A stretch of 57,100 bases of DNA from Chloroflexota bacterium (lineage in GTDB: Bacteria > Chloroflexota > Limnocylindria > Limnocylindrales > CSP1-4). Numbering within the stretch: position 1 is the stretch's first letter; the number at the start of each line of letters is the position of its first letter. The stretch spans positions 31,617 to 88,716 of the forward strand of contig PMIP01000059.1 of NCBI GenBank assembly GCA_003158295.1. The letters run 5' to 3'. Below the pieces are notes generated by a model. It did not search any database, was not told the origin of the DNA, and saw only the letters and a list, made by a program, of their open reading frames with translations. A program made the position numbers and the translations under genes. Of this stretch, positions 1 to 8,651 are shown piece after piece.

Positions 1-1
1 C

Positions 2-2581
2 TCGCCCGACTACACCGAATACGCGGTCATCGAGGTCAACCCGCGCGTCAGCCGCAGTTCGGCGCTGGCGTCCAAGGCGACGGGCTATCCGATCGCCCGC
101 GTGGCGGCGCAGATCGCAGCCGGGCGACGGCTGGCGGAGATCCCCAACGTCGTGACCGGGACCACGGTCGCGGCCTTCGAGCCTGCGCTGGACTACGTGG
201 TGGTCAAGCTGCCGCGCTTCCCGTTCGACAAGTTCCCCAAGGCCGACCGAACTCTCGGCAGCCAGATGAAAGCGACCGGCGAGGTGATGGCGATCGACCG
301 GACCTTCGGCTCGGCGCTGAACAAGGCGCTGCGGGCGCTCGAACAGGCGGGCGCGGGATTCCTGGCCGAAAACGCCGGCTGGACGGCGACGCTCGAGTAC
401 CTGATGGAGCCTGCCGCGGCGGAGCCGACCTTCGTCACGATGGATGGCACCGGACTCCTGTGCGAAGCGCGGGCCTACGCCGAACGAGCCGCCTATCCGA
501 TCGTTCTGAAGCGGTTCCTGGCCCCTTCCGACTCGCGGCTGTGGCGGATCCTCGCCCTGCTTCGGCGCGGAATGCCGGCCGAGACGATCCGGGGCGTGAC
601 CGGCATATCGCCGTGGTTCCTGTGGGAGTTCGAGCGGGTGATCGCGCTGGAGCGCGAAGTCCGGAAGATGGGGGCGCGGCTCGCGGATCCACGGGACGGG
701 GAAGCGGGCATTCTCCTGGCGACGGCAAAACGCGACGGCTTTGGGGATCGCGAGCTGGCGCAGATGGCCGGCGTCACGGCCGAGGCGGTACGCCTGGCGC
801 GGATGGAGCTGGGCATCGTCCCTGGCTACGCCATGGTGGACACGTGCGCGGCCGAGTTCGCCGCGGAGACGCCGTACTTCTACGCCACGTACGCCGCATC
901 GGGTTCCGAGCCGGAGCTGCCGCCCGTGGCGCGGCCGGCGGCGCTGGTCATCGGCTCCGGGCCGGTCCGGATAGGGCAGGGGATCGAGTTCGACTACTGC
1001 GCGGTCCAGGCCGCGGCCGAGCTTCGCGTCCAGGGCTGGCAGGCGGTCATGATCAATTCCAACCCGGAGACGGTCTCGACCGACTTCGACGCGTCGTCGC
1101 GCCTGTACTTCGAGCCGCTGGACCCGGAGAGCGTTCGTTCGGTCGTGGAGGCCGAAACGCCTGAGAGCGCGCCGGGCGAGCCCGCGACGCCGCTCCTCCC
1201 GGCCTTCGTCCAGTTCGGCGGCCAGACGCCTCTCAACCTGGCCGGGCCGCTCGCCGCGGCTGGGATCCCGCTCCTTGGCGCCAATCTCGAGACGATCGAC
1301 CAGGCTGAGGACCGTCTGCGCTTCGCCAACCTGGTCGAGTCGGTCGGCATCCCGCAACCGGAAGGCGGCATGGCCCGCTCGATCGAGGAAGCGCTGGCGC
1401 TGGCCGACCAGATCGGCTACCCGGTCATCGTTCGGCCGTCGTTCGTCATCGGCGGGCTGGCAATCGACTTCAGTTACTCGGCGTCCGACCTGGTGGACCA
1501 GCTGGCGCGCGCGACGGTCGTGGACCCAGACCGGCCGGTCCGGATCGACCGCTACCTCGAAGGGATCGAGGTGGACGTGGACGCCATCGCCGACGGCGAG
1601 ACGGTCCTGATCCCGGGACTGCTCGAGCACGTGGAGCGGGCGGGGGTCCATTCGGGCGACTCGGTGGGGATGTTCCCGCCGCAGACGGTCTCGGTCTCCG
1701 ACCAGGGGCTGATCGTCGACGCCATGGATCGGATCGTTCGGGCGCTTGACGTGCATGGGCTGGTCAACGCGCAGTTCATCGTCCGCGACGACGGCGTGTA
1801 CCTGATCGAGGTCAACCCGCGGGCCAGCCGGACGGTGCCGTTCATGAGCAAGGTGACCGGCGTCCCGATGGTCAAGCTCGCGGTCCGGATCGCCCTGGGC
1901 GAGACGCTCCGCGATATGGGCTGGGGGAACGGGCTCCTGGAGCCGCCGCCACTCGTCGCGGTCAAGGCGCCGGCCTTCTCCACGGCCAAGCTGCGTGGCG
2001 TGGACCCGTCGGTGGGCCCGGGGATGCAGTCCACCGGCGAGGTGATCGGTATCCACACGGACCCGCGCGTGGCGCTGGCCAAGGCAATGCAGGGCGCGGC
2101 CCTCATCCCGCCGCGGCCGGGAGCGGACGGTGCGCTGGCGTTGATCTCCGTCGCGGAACGGGATCACGGGGAGCTGCCGCGCGTGGCCCGGGCCCTGGCT
2201 CGGGCCGGCTACAGGTTCGCGGCCACTTCCGGGACGGCCGCGGAGCTGCGCGGGTTGGGCTACGAGGCGCAGGTCGTGGCCAAGGTGGGGGAGACGCCGG
2301 AGCCGGGTGGGGCGTCGATCCTGGATCTCATCGCCTCGGGCAAGGTCCGGCTCGTGGTCAACACGCCGTCGCCCAAGTCGGGGCCGGTTCGAGACGCCAT
2401 CGAGATCCGCCTGGCCGCCACCGCGGAAGGGATCCTGTGCCTGACCGCGATCGAGACCGCGGTTGCCGCCGCCGAGGCGCTGGACCCTGATCTGCTCGAA
2501 CGGCTGGCGGAGGTGCGCTCGCTCGGCGAATGGGTCCCCGATCCGGGCCGGCCGCGGGGCGTTGCCGGGGGCGTGGCCTGA
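2..2581 (+). CDS. carB: Carbamoyl-phosphate synthase large subunit, 5'-truncated at window edge
   Basis: Frame is open from base 2 (SPDYTEYAVIEVNPRVSRSSALASKATGYPIA). Oligomerisation region, second ATP-grasp half (VIGSGPVRIGQGIEFDYC, IEVNPRASRTVPF) and MGS-like C-terminus are present. Stop TGA at 2579-2581. Confidence 0.95.
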   Translation, partial: SPDYTEYAVIEVNPRVSRSSALASKATGYPIARVAAQIAAGRRLAEIPNVVTGTTVAAFEPALDYVVVKLPRFPFDKFPKADRTLGSQMKATGEVMAIDRTFGSALNKALRALEQAGAGFLAENAGWTATLEYLMEPAAAEPTFVTMDGTGLLCEARAYAERAAYPIVLKRFLAPSDSRLWRILALLRRGMPAETIRGVTGISPWFLWEFERVIALEREVRKMGARLADPRDGEAGILLATAKRDGFGDRELAQMAGVTAEAVRLARMELGIVPGYAMVDTCAAEFAAETPYFYATYAASGSEPELPPVARPAALVIGSGPVRIGQGIEFDYCAVQAAAELRVQGWQAVMINSNPETVSTDFDASSRLYFEPLDPESVRSVVEAETPESAPGEPATPLLPAFVQFGGQTPLNLAGPLAAAGIPLLGANLETIDQAEDRLRFANLVESVGIPQPEGGMARSIEEALALADQIGYPVIVRPSFVIGGLAIDFSYSASDLVDQLARATVVDPDRPVRIDRYLEGIEVDVDAIADGETVLIPGLLEHVERAGVHSGDSVGMFPPQTVSVSDQGLIVDAMDRIVRALDVHGLVNAQFIVRDDGVYLIEVNPRASRTVPFMSKVTGVPMVKLAVRIALGETLRDMGWGNGLLEPPPLVAVKAPAFSTAKLRGVDPSVGPGMQSTGEVIGIHTDPRVALAKAMQGAALIPPRPGADGALALISVAERDHGELPRVARALARAGYRFAATSGTAAELRGLGYEAQVVAKVGETPEPGGASILDLIASGKVRLVVNTPSPKSGPVRDAIEIRLAATAEGILCLTAIETAVAAAEALDPDLLERLAEVRSLGEWVPDPGRPRGVAGGVA

Positions 2582-2592
2582 GCGCGTCGCCG

Positions 2593-2668
2593 CGTCGCGA
2601 GCGCATCGCGGCGTCGCGAGCGCATCGCCGCGTCGCGAGCGCATCGCCGCGTCGCGAGCGCATCGTGT
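2593..2668. repeat. Four tandem copies of a 19-bp unit (CGTCGCGAGCGCATCGCCG) just after the carB stop
   Basis: Read directly: copies at 2593-2611, 2612-2630, 2631-2649 and 2650-2668. Copies 2 and 3 are identical; copy 1 has 1 mismatch and copy 4 has 2. The unit is not a multiple of 3, so it is non-coding. Confidence 0.9.
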
Positions 2669-2698
2669 CGGCCTTCAGTAACCTGATGGCACATTCTC

Positions 2699-4012
2699 GT
2701 GCCAGGTGCCTCGGTGTTTAGCCTCCCCAGTCTCCAGTTCAAGCTCTTCGGGTTCCCGGTCGCAATCGGGCTCGACTTCCTGCTGATCGCTTTCCTGTTT
2801 GGCTCTTTCCTGCCCGGCGAGTACCTGGTCATCTGGGTGGCGATCCTCGCCGGATCGATCCTGATTCACGAGTTGGGTCACGCCTTCGCATTGCGCCGGT
2901 ACGGCATCACGCCCCAGATCCGGCTGTGGGGCATGGGAGGGCTGACCACCTGGGGATTCGAGCTTCCTCCACGGAAGACGATCGTGGTCAGCGCCGCCGG
3001 GCCGTTGCTCGGTGTCGCGATTGGGCTGGCCGCCATGCAGGTGGAGCCCCGGATGCAGGCCGGCTCGACGGCCGAGTGGACGGTCCATATGGTCGTTTTG
3101 ATCAACCTGTACTGGGGACTGCTGAACCTGCTGCCCATCGCCGCCCTGGACGGCGGCAACATCACCACGAGTGCGTTCATGGTGGTGCTGGGGCCGAGGG
3201 GACGGGTGCCGGGGCTCATCTTCGTGGCCCTGTCGAGCCTCGTGATCGCCGCCATCGCCTTTGCGATCGGCTTCGCCTACCTGGCGGTGATCGTTGCGAT
3301 ATTCGCGCTCCTCAACCCAGTGCCCTACGTGGAGCTGCGCCGCATCCTGTCCAGCCGAGCCCACGCCTCGCCTGGACACGCGCCGGCGTCGTCTCGGACG
3401 CGGTCGGGGGACGGGCACTCGGGCGGCCGATCCGTGGCCGCCTCCCCGGCCGGGGCGCGCCGGGTCTTCGGCGAGGCCTACGTGGAGACGCTGGGGGATC
3501 GGGCCCGTGGCGTGGACCTGGACGATCTGGAGACCCGTCCGGCGCCGCTCACCTCGGACGTGGCCACGATGGTGGCGCGCGGCGACGACGCGGGCCTCGC
3601 GGCTCGCCTGACGGCCGAGGAGGACCCGCTCACGGTCCTCGCCATCGTCGCCAGGGTCGTGGACGGCAGGCGGATCGGCGGGGTGCTGAAGATGCTGAAG
3701 CTCGGAGATGGGCGTGGCGCGGATGGGCTGCTCAAGCTGCAGGTCGGGCTCTTCGCGCTCGGTCGGTTCGAGGATTCGATCGGTGCGGCCGGTGCGCTCG
3801 GCGCCGACGGCAGTTCCGCCAGCGCGTTGCTCGTGGCCCGCTGCGGCGCTCGGATGGGGGACCGCAAGCTCGTTCGCCAGGGGCTGGAGCGCGCGGTGGC
3901 ACTCGGCCATGTTTCTCTCTCGGACGCGGCGCTGGGTGACATCGCTCGAATGGGACCGGACGAGCGAGTGGCCCAGCTGCTCACGAGACTGCGGGCGAGC
4001 CAGACCGCCTGA
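2699..4012 (+). CDS. M50-family site-2 metalloprotease with an Ala/Arg-rich C-terminal soluble domain of about 200 aa
   Basis: HELGHAF (HExxH) lies in a TM helix and NLLPIAALDGGN is the second M50 signature. Multiple TM segments. GTG start as in the ORF track; an alternative GTG is at 2714. Confidence 0.85.
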   Translation: MPGASVFSLPSLQFKLFGFPVAIGLDFLLIAFLFGSFLPGEYLVIWVAILAGSILIHELGHAFALRRYGITPQIRLWGMGGLTTWGFELPPRKTIVVSAAGPLLGVAIGLAAMQVEPRMQAGSTAEWTVHMVVLINLYWGLLNLLPIAALDGGNITTSAFMVVLGPRGRVPGLIFVALSSLVIAAIAFAIGFAYLAVIVAIFALLNPVPYVELRRILSSRAHASPGHAPASSRTRSGDGHSGGRSVAASPAGARRVFGEAYVETLGDRARGVDLDDLETRPAPLTSDVATMVARGDDAGLAARLTAEEDPLTVLAIVARVVDGRRIGGVLKMLKLGDGRGADGLLKLQVGLFALGRFEDSIGAAGALGADGSSASALLVARCGARMGDRKLVRQGLERAVALGHVSLSDAALGDIARMGPDERVAQLLTRLRASQTA

Positions 4013-4156
4013 CCGAGTGGCATAGAGTCGAGAACCCGGTGTTCCGAATGGGCGGCCGCTGCTCGCACCACCCAGTTGCGTAGGCCGAGCCGGCTCAACG
4101 CCGCGTGCGATAGTTGTCGCGCGGCACGTTCCCGACATGTCAGCTAGGACGACCCC

Positions 4157-4738
4157 ATGGGCACCCGAATCTCGCATCTACCATTCGTTGCCGGCCTGCT
4201 CGCCTGCGCCGTGGTCATTGCCGGTTGTGGCGCGACCGCCGCGACGCCGACTTTCTCGGATCCAATCCCTGTCGTCGCGGCGCCCACCGTACCCTCGTGG
4301 TTCAACGTCCAGATGACGGACGTGACGACCGGCAAGCCGTTCAAGATCAGTGACTTCTCCGGCAAGGTCGTCCTGGTCGACACCATGGCGACGTGGTGCC
4401 CCACCTGCCAGGGCGAGATGAGCCAGGTCGGGCGGCTGCCCGGTCTCGTCGGCGCCGGCGCCAGCGACCTCGTGACGATCAGCCTCGACGTGGACCCCAA
4501 CGAGGACGCCACGATCCTCAAGAAGTTCGCCGCCGCCAACGGCTTCACCTGGCGGATCGCGGTTGCCCCAATCGAGGTCGGCCGGTTTCTCGAGATGAAC
4601 TACGACCAGCAGTACCTCAACCCGCCGCTTCAGCCGATGCTCTTCATCGACCGCACGGGCGGCGTCTACGGGCTCCCGTTCGGCATCAAGTCGGCCGAGA
4701 GCATCCAGAAGACCCTGGCTCAATACCTGGCCCAATAG
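4157..4738 (+). CDS. Secreted or lipoprotein thiol-disulfide oxidoreductase (TlpA/ResA-like thioredoxin fold)
   Basis: Signal peptide ending LLACAVVIAGCG. WCPTC active-site motif. TlpA-like context (FSGKVVLVDTMATWCPTCQGEM). Confidence 0.85.
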   Translation: MGTRISHLPFVAGLLACAVVIAGCGATAATPTFSDPIPVVAAPTVPSWFNVQMTDVTTGKPFKISDFSGKVVLVDTMATWCPTCQGEMSQVGRLPGLVGAGASDLVTISLDVDPNEDATILKKFAAANGFTWRIAVAPIEVGRFLEMNYDQQYLNPPLQPMLFIDRTGGVYGLPFGIKSAESIQKTLAQYLAQ

Positions 4739-4742
4739 CCAG

Positions 4743-5411
4743 ATGGATGTCGCGCTGACATCTTTCTCCTTCGGTCTGCTGGCCACGACCAGCCCTTGCC
4801 TGCTGCCGTTGTATCCCGGGTTCCTGGCGTACCTGAGCGGGCAGGCCGGATCGGAGCGAGGTCGGCAGCGCTACTTCCTGGGCATCTTCGTGCTCGCCGG
4901 CGTGATGACGATGATGGTCGTCCTGGGGGGCCTGATCGCCCTGCTGGCGGTATCGATCGGCCGGGCGCTGGCGATCCTGATACCCCTGGCCGTTGCCGCG
5001 ATCTTGATCCTGGGCGTGCTGCTTCTCCTGGATCGCAACCCCTTCTACCGGCTGCCCCAGATCAAGGTCCCGCTCCTGCGCCGCCCACTCCTAAACGCTT
5101 ACGTGTACGGGCTGCTGTACGGGCCGATCGCCATGCCGTGCTCCGGTGCGCTCGTCGTCGCCATCTTCGTCTACTCGTTCACGCTCGGCGAAGCGGTAAG
5201 CAAACTCTGGATCTTCCTCTGGTTCGGGCTCGGTTTCGGCGTGCCCCTACTGGCACTCTCCCTTCTCTCCGGGGCCCTGCAGCGCCAGCTGACCCGCTGG
5301 TTCGCGCTCCACAGCCGGGCCATCAACGTCGTCGGCGGCCTGCTGCTGATCGGGACCGCGATCTACGACCTGGCCGCGAACTGGGACGTGCTCGTGCTCT
5401 ACTACACCTGA
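4743..5411 (+). CDS. ccdA: Cytochrome c biogenesis / thiol reductant transfer membrane protein CcdA (DsbD family)
   Basis: LATTSPCLLPLYPGFLAYLSG and GPIAMPCSGALV are the two conserved Cys-containing motifs. Six predicted TM segments. Starts 4 nt after the thioredoxin stop. Confidence 0.85.
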   Translation: MDVALTSFSFGLLATTSPCLLPLYPGFLAYLSGQAGSERGRQRYFLGIFVLAGVMTMMVVLGGLIALLAVSIGRALAILIPLAVAAILILGVLLLLDRNPFYRLPQIKVPLLRRPLLNAYVYGLLYGPIAMPCSGALVVAIFVYSFTLGEAVSKLWIFLWFGLGFGVPLLALSLLSGALQRQLTRWFALHSRAINVVGGLLLIGTAIYDLAANWDVLVLYYT

Positions 5412-5506
5412 TCGAGACGACTTCGCGGCGGAGTACCGGAGGGTCGCTCCTGAGTGGCTGGAGACTCGGGCGGGACGGAACCGCCCGCTGCTTCGTCAGT
5501 CTGTTC

Positions 5507-6073
5507 ATGATGGAAGCGACCGTCGACAGGGGAATTGATGATGTGCTCGAGCAGGTAGGGGAGGCGCGCACGGACGAGCTCGACGAGACCTTCGCCACGC
5601 TCTACCGGGAGCGCTACCGCGATGTGTATCGCTACGCATTGCTGATGCTGAGGCGGGTCGAGGACGCAGAAGACGTCTCCGCCGAAGCGTTCCATCGAGC
5701 CTTCGCGGCCTGGCAAGCCGGCCATGGACCGGAGGGACGGGCCCTGCCGTGGCTGCTGCTCATCACCAGGCGGCTGGTCATCGACCGAACCCGGCGCCGG
5801 CGACTCCTGTCGTGGCTTCCGCTCGCGTCGTTGAGCCCCGCCCACGAGCCTTCCAGAGAGGCCGAGACCGGCCGGACGGAGTTCTGGCTCTGGTTCGAGC
5901 GGTTCGCTCGTGAGCTCTCGCAACGTCAGCGTGAAGTCTTGATCCTGCGCTACCAGCGTGACCTGGACGACGACCAGATCGGCGAGATCTTGGGGATCTC
6001 CGCCTCGGCCGTTCGATCGCTCGTCGCGCGAGCCTGCGCAGCCCTGCGCCGCAACCCGGAGATCTGGCAATGA
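5507..6073 (+). CDS. ECF-type RNA polymerase sigma-70 family factor
   Basis: Region 2 (YRYALLMLRRVEDAEDVSAEAFHRAFAAW, LLLITRRLVIDRTRRRR) and region 4 HTH (LSQRQREVLILRYQRDLDDDQIGEILGISASAVRSLVARA). First in-frame ATG pair is at 5507/5510. The longer track ORF from 4796 overlaps ccdA and is rejected. Confidence 0.85.
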   Translation: MMEATVDRGIDDVLEQVGEARTDELDETFATLYRERYRDVYRYALLMLRRVEDAEDVSAEAFHRAFAAWQAGHGPEGRALPWLLLITRRLVIDRTRRRRLLSWLPLASLSPAHEPSREAETGRTEFWLWFERFARELSQRQREVLILRYQRDLDDDQIGEILGISASAVRSLVARACAALRRNPEIWQ

Positions 6074-7275
6074 GTGAGAATCAGCATTCCGATGACGAGA
6101 TCCTGAATGGCGTGCGCCGCCGATTGGCCGGTGCCGAGCCGCTCATCCCGCAGCCGCCGGCGTTGGGGCCGGCCTTCACCGAGGCTGCCCAGGCGCGCCC
6201 GAGGGTGGTTGTGCGCAGCCGGCTTGGATTGGGCGGCTTCGCGCCGCTGGCTCTGATCGCGGCGCTTGTGGTGGTCGTCGTTGGAGTTGGCATAGGAAGC
6301 CAGACTCTCCAGGGAAATGGAACCGGCGCATTCGCCGGGACTCCAGGGCCCTCCGGATCGCCGGCGTCCCCCAACTACCCTGGGTTCGGCCTTTCCTATC
6401 AGCTGGTGCATCCGGCCGGCACCCAGGTGACCCCCGCCGAATTGGATGCGACCAAGGCGGTCCTGATCAAGCGCGCTGAGTCTTTGGGGCCGACGTCCTA
6501 TTCGGTCAATGAGGCGCCACCGGATGGGATCACGGTCTGGTTGGAAGGCGTCCCCGACACGGCGGAGGTGCGCACACTGATCGGCCAGACCGGACACCTC
6601 GAGTTCGTGCCGCTGCCGCCCGAGACATATGGAACCTCTGGCTCTCCAGGTCAGAAGATGCTGCCGACCACAGGCGAAACGATCGACCCGTCGCTGCCGG
6701 CGCAGTTCACAGGGGCGGACTTGGACCCGAGCCTGGTGTACATGCGCGAGGACACCGCGACGGGCGGATTGGCACTCGAGTTCGGGTTCAAGGAGCCGGC
6801 GGCCTCCGCGCTCGAGACCTGGTCCACGCAGCACGTAAACGACTTCTTCGCGATCGTTCTCGACGGGAAGGTCGTGTCCGTGCCCTACATCAAGTCGACG
6901 ATCATCGGCGGCAAGGGCGAGATCGCGGGCGACTTCACGACGCAAAGCCTCGCGGAGCTGGCCACGGTTCTGCAATCCGGCTGGCTGCCTTACCCGCTTC
7001 TCGGGGGCGAGACCGGGCCCATCGGCGGGCCGGTGGAGTCGGGCGTGCCGCTCCCTTCGGGCTTGGCGATCCCTTCGGACGTGCCGATGCACTCGGGCGC
7101 GCCGATGGAGTCGGGCGGGGCGATCCACTCGGCCGCGCCGATGGAGTCGGGCGTTGCGCTCCCTTCGGGCGTGCCGACTGGAACGTGCGGGCCGAGTGAG
7201 ATGTGCGTGCCGACTGGATCGGGTGGACCGAGCGCCATCGAGTCACCGCCGGCCGCCTCCAGCCCCCAGCTCTAG
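6070..7275 (+). CDS. Single-pass membrane protein with a SecD P1-head-like extracytoplasmic domain and a PxxSG-repeat tail; positional anti-sigma factor candidate
   Basis: ATGA overlap with the sigma stop (6070-6073). One TM (FAPLALIAALVVVVVGVGIG). VLIKRAESLGPTSYSVNEAPPDGITVWLEGVPDTAEVRTLIGQTGHLEFVPL and LDGKVVSVPYIKSTIIGGKGEIAGDFTTQSLAELATVLQSGWLPYPL resemble the E. coli SecD periplasmic P1 segments as I recall them ([30 protein letters not shown]...LEFRLV). No 12-TM SecDF core. Confidence 0.7.
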   Translation: MSENQHSDDEILNGVRRRLAGAEPLIPQPPALGPAFTEAAQARPRVVVRSRLGLGGFAPLALIAALVVVVVGVGIGSQTLQGNGTGAFAGTPGPSGSPASPNYPGFGLSYQLVHPAGTQVTPAELDATKAVLIKRAESLGPTSYSVNEAPPDGITVWLEGVPDTAEVRTLIGQTGHLEFVPLPPETYGTSGSPGQKMLPTTGETIDPSLPAQFTGADLDPSLVYMREDTATGGLALEFGFKEPAASALETWSTQHVNDFFAIVLDGKVVSVPYIKSTIIGGKGEIAGDFTTQSLAELATVLQSGWLPYPLLGGETGPIGGPVESGVPLPSGLAIPSDVPMHSGAPMESGGAIHSAAPMESGVALPSGVPTGTCGPSEMCVPTGSGGPSAIESPPAASSPQL

Positions 7276-8651
7276 GCCCTCTCGACGAGGGAGGGGCTTT
7301 CCGAAGCCACCGTGGTAGCCGCCAGCGTCCCCTCCGCGTCCGCGACCGCGGCGGCCACTCGGTCGGTCCCGCGGAACCAGGTCCAGAGCAGGGCCGTGGC
7401 GGTCGTGTACAGCACGATGATGGTGACGAAGTCCACTGCGTAGCCGGCGGTGAATCCGAGCGACGCCTGGAGAGCGCCGTAGTACGGCGACGCGATCGCC
7501 CACCCGAGCGACCACAGCATCGTCATTCCGGCTGCCAGCGTGGCTCGCTCCGCCGGGGAGACGCGCTCCATCGCGAACGCGTCGAAGATCGGGCTGCCCG
7601 CGTTCATCAGCGAGTTGCGCACGGCCAGGGCGATGATCACGGTCCACAGCATCGGGGAGAAGCCGAGGACGACGAGGAACGGGATGCTGGCCCCCTGCAC
7701 CAGCACGATCGATCCGATGCGGCCGAATCGGCTGGCGAGAGCCGGCTGAGCCAGGATCGCGGCCGCGGTGCCGAGGCTGGTCACGGCGAAGATCACGTTC
7801 ACTTCTGTGAGACCCAGGCCGAACTTGTTCTCGATGAAGACGTTCAGGAAGGGGATCAGCTGGCCGGCACCCAGGGACGTCAGGAATCCCGGCAGAAGCA
7901 GCCGGAAGAAGAGGCGCTTATCCAGGATGACGATGCCGAATCGGCTCGCCCCGGCGGCCGGCGCTCGACCGGCCGCCGGCCTGTCGCTGGTGAGCAGCCA
8001 CACGGTCCCCAGGGAAAGGACACCCAGGATCGCCACTCCGGACAGGAGGATCTGATAGGGCGCCGCGGCTGAACCGAGGTTCAGGCGAGAGGCGATTTCG
8101 GGGGCCAGTGCTCCACCCGCGAGGGCGGCCACCAGGCCCGTAAGAAACCCAATGGCGGACCAGATGGCGAAGTACTCGTTGCGCTGGTCCGGCCGGGTGT
8201 GCTCGGCGATGAACGGGATCTGGACCACGCTGACTGCCATGGACCCGGCGCCGAGCGCGGCTACACCCACGAACAGCAGCGGCAACTGGCCTGGCAGAAA
8301 CGCGAGTAGCGCGACCGCCACCAGGACCATGCCCGCGGCCATCACGCTGCGTCTTCCGAACCTGTCGGAGAGCGCGCTGGCCGGGAGGGCCGTCAGGACG
8401 CCTGCCAGCGAGTAGGCAGCCAGCAGCCAGCCGATCGTCCACTTCAATCCGATCGACTCCAGGTAGAGGTTGAAGTCGATGAAGTAGAGGCTGATCGCCG
8501 CCCCAAAGACGACCGTGGTCAGCAGGAAGATCCGGGCGTCACGGCTGAAGCCGGTGAAGCTGCGGATGTACCTCGCGATTGCGCCAGCCACCGTTCCGGC
8601 AGACCTCTCGCTCAGCGGGCCGGATCGAGAACGTTGCGCTCTTCCTCGCAC
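7272..8651 (-). CDS. MFS transporter
   Basis: About 12 TM segments. MFS loop motif LSDRFGRRSVM between TM2 and TM3. An alternative GTG start at 8591 would remove the overlap with the upstream mini-ORF. Confidence 0.85.
   Translation of the reverse strand: MRGRAQRSRSGPLSERSAGTVAGAIARYIRSFTGFSRDARIFLLTTVVFGAAISLYFIDFNLYLESIGLKWTIGWLLAAYSLAGVLTALPASALSDRFGRRSVMAAGMVLVAVALLAFLPGQLPLLFVGVAALGAGSMAVSVVQIPFIAEHTRPDQRNEYFAIWSAIGFLTGLVAALAGGALAPEIASRLNLGSAAAPYQILLSGVAILGVLSLGTVWLLTSDRPAAGRAPAAGASRFGIVILDKRLFFRLLLPGFLTSLGAGQLIPFLNVFIENKFGLGLTEVNVIFAVTSLGTAAAILAQPALASRFGRIGSIVLVQGASIPFLVVLGFSPMLWTVIIALAVRNSLMNAGSPIFDAFAMERVSPAERATLAAGMTMLWSLGWAIASPYYGALQASLGFTAGYAVDFVTIIVLYTTATALLWTWFRGTDRVAAAVADAEGTLAATTVASESPSLVERA

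Noticed and set aside
2593-2668. Possibility that the tandem repeats are a CRISPR array
   Set aside because: The units are directly abutting with no spacers, are only 19 bp long, and no cas genes are present.
4796-5506. N-terminal 237-aa extension of the ECF sigma ORF in the track
   Set aside because: It overlaps the whole ccdA gene in another frame and is Arg/Pro/Gly-rich. The sigma-70 region 2 homology begins just after the ATG pair at 5507.
7272-7275. Convergent genes (anti-sigma candidate and MFS) sharing a CTAG so that their stop codons overlap
   Set aside because: It is a real sequence feature but common in compact genomes. I see no evidence of function beyond the lack of a terminator between the two genes.
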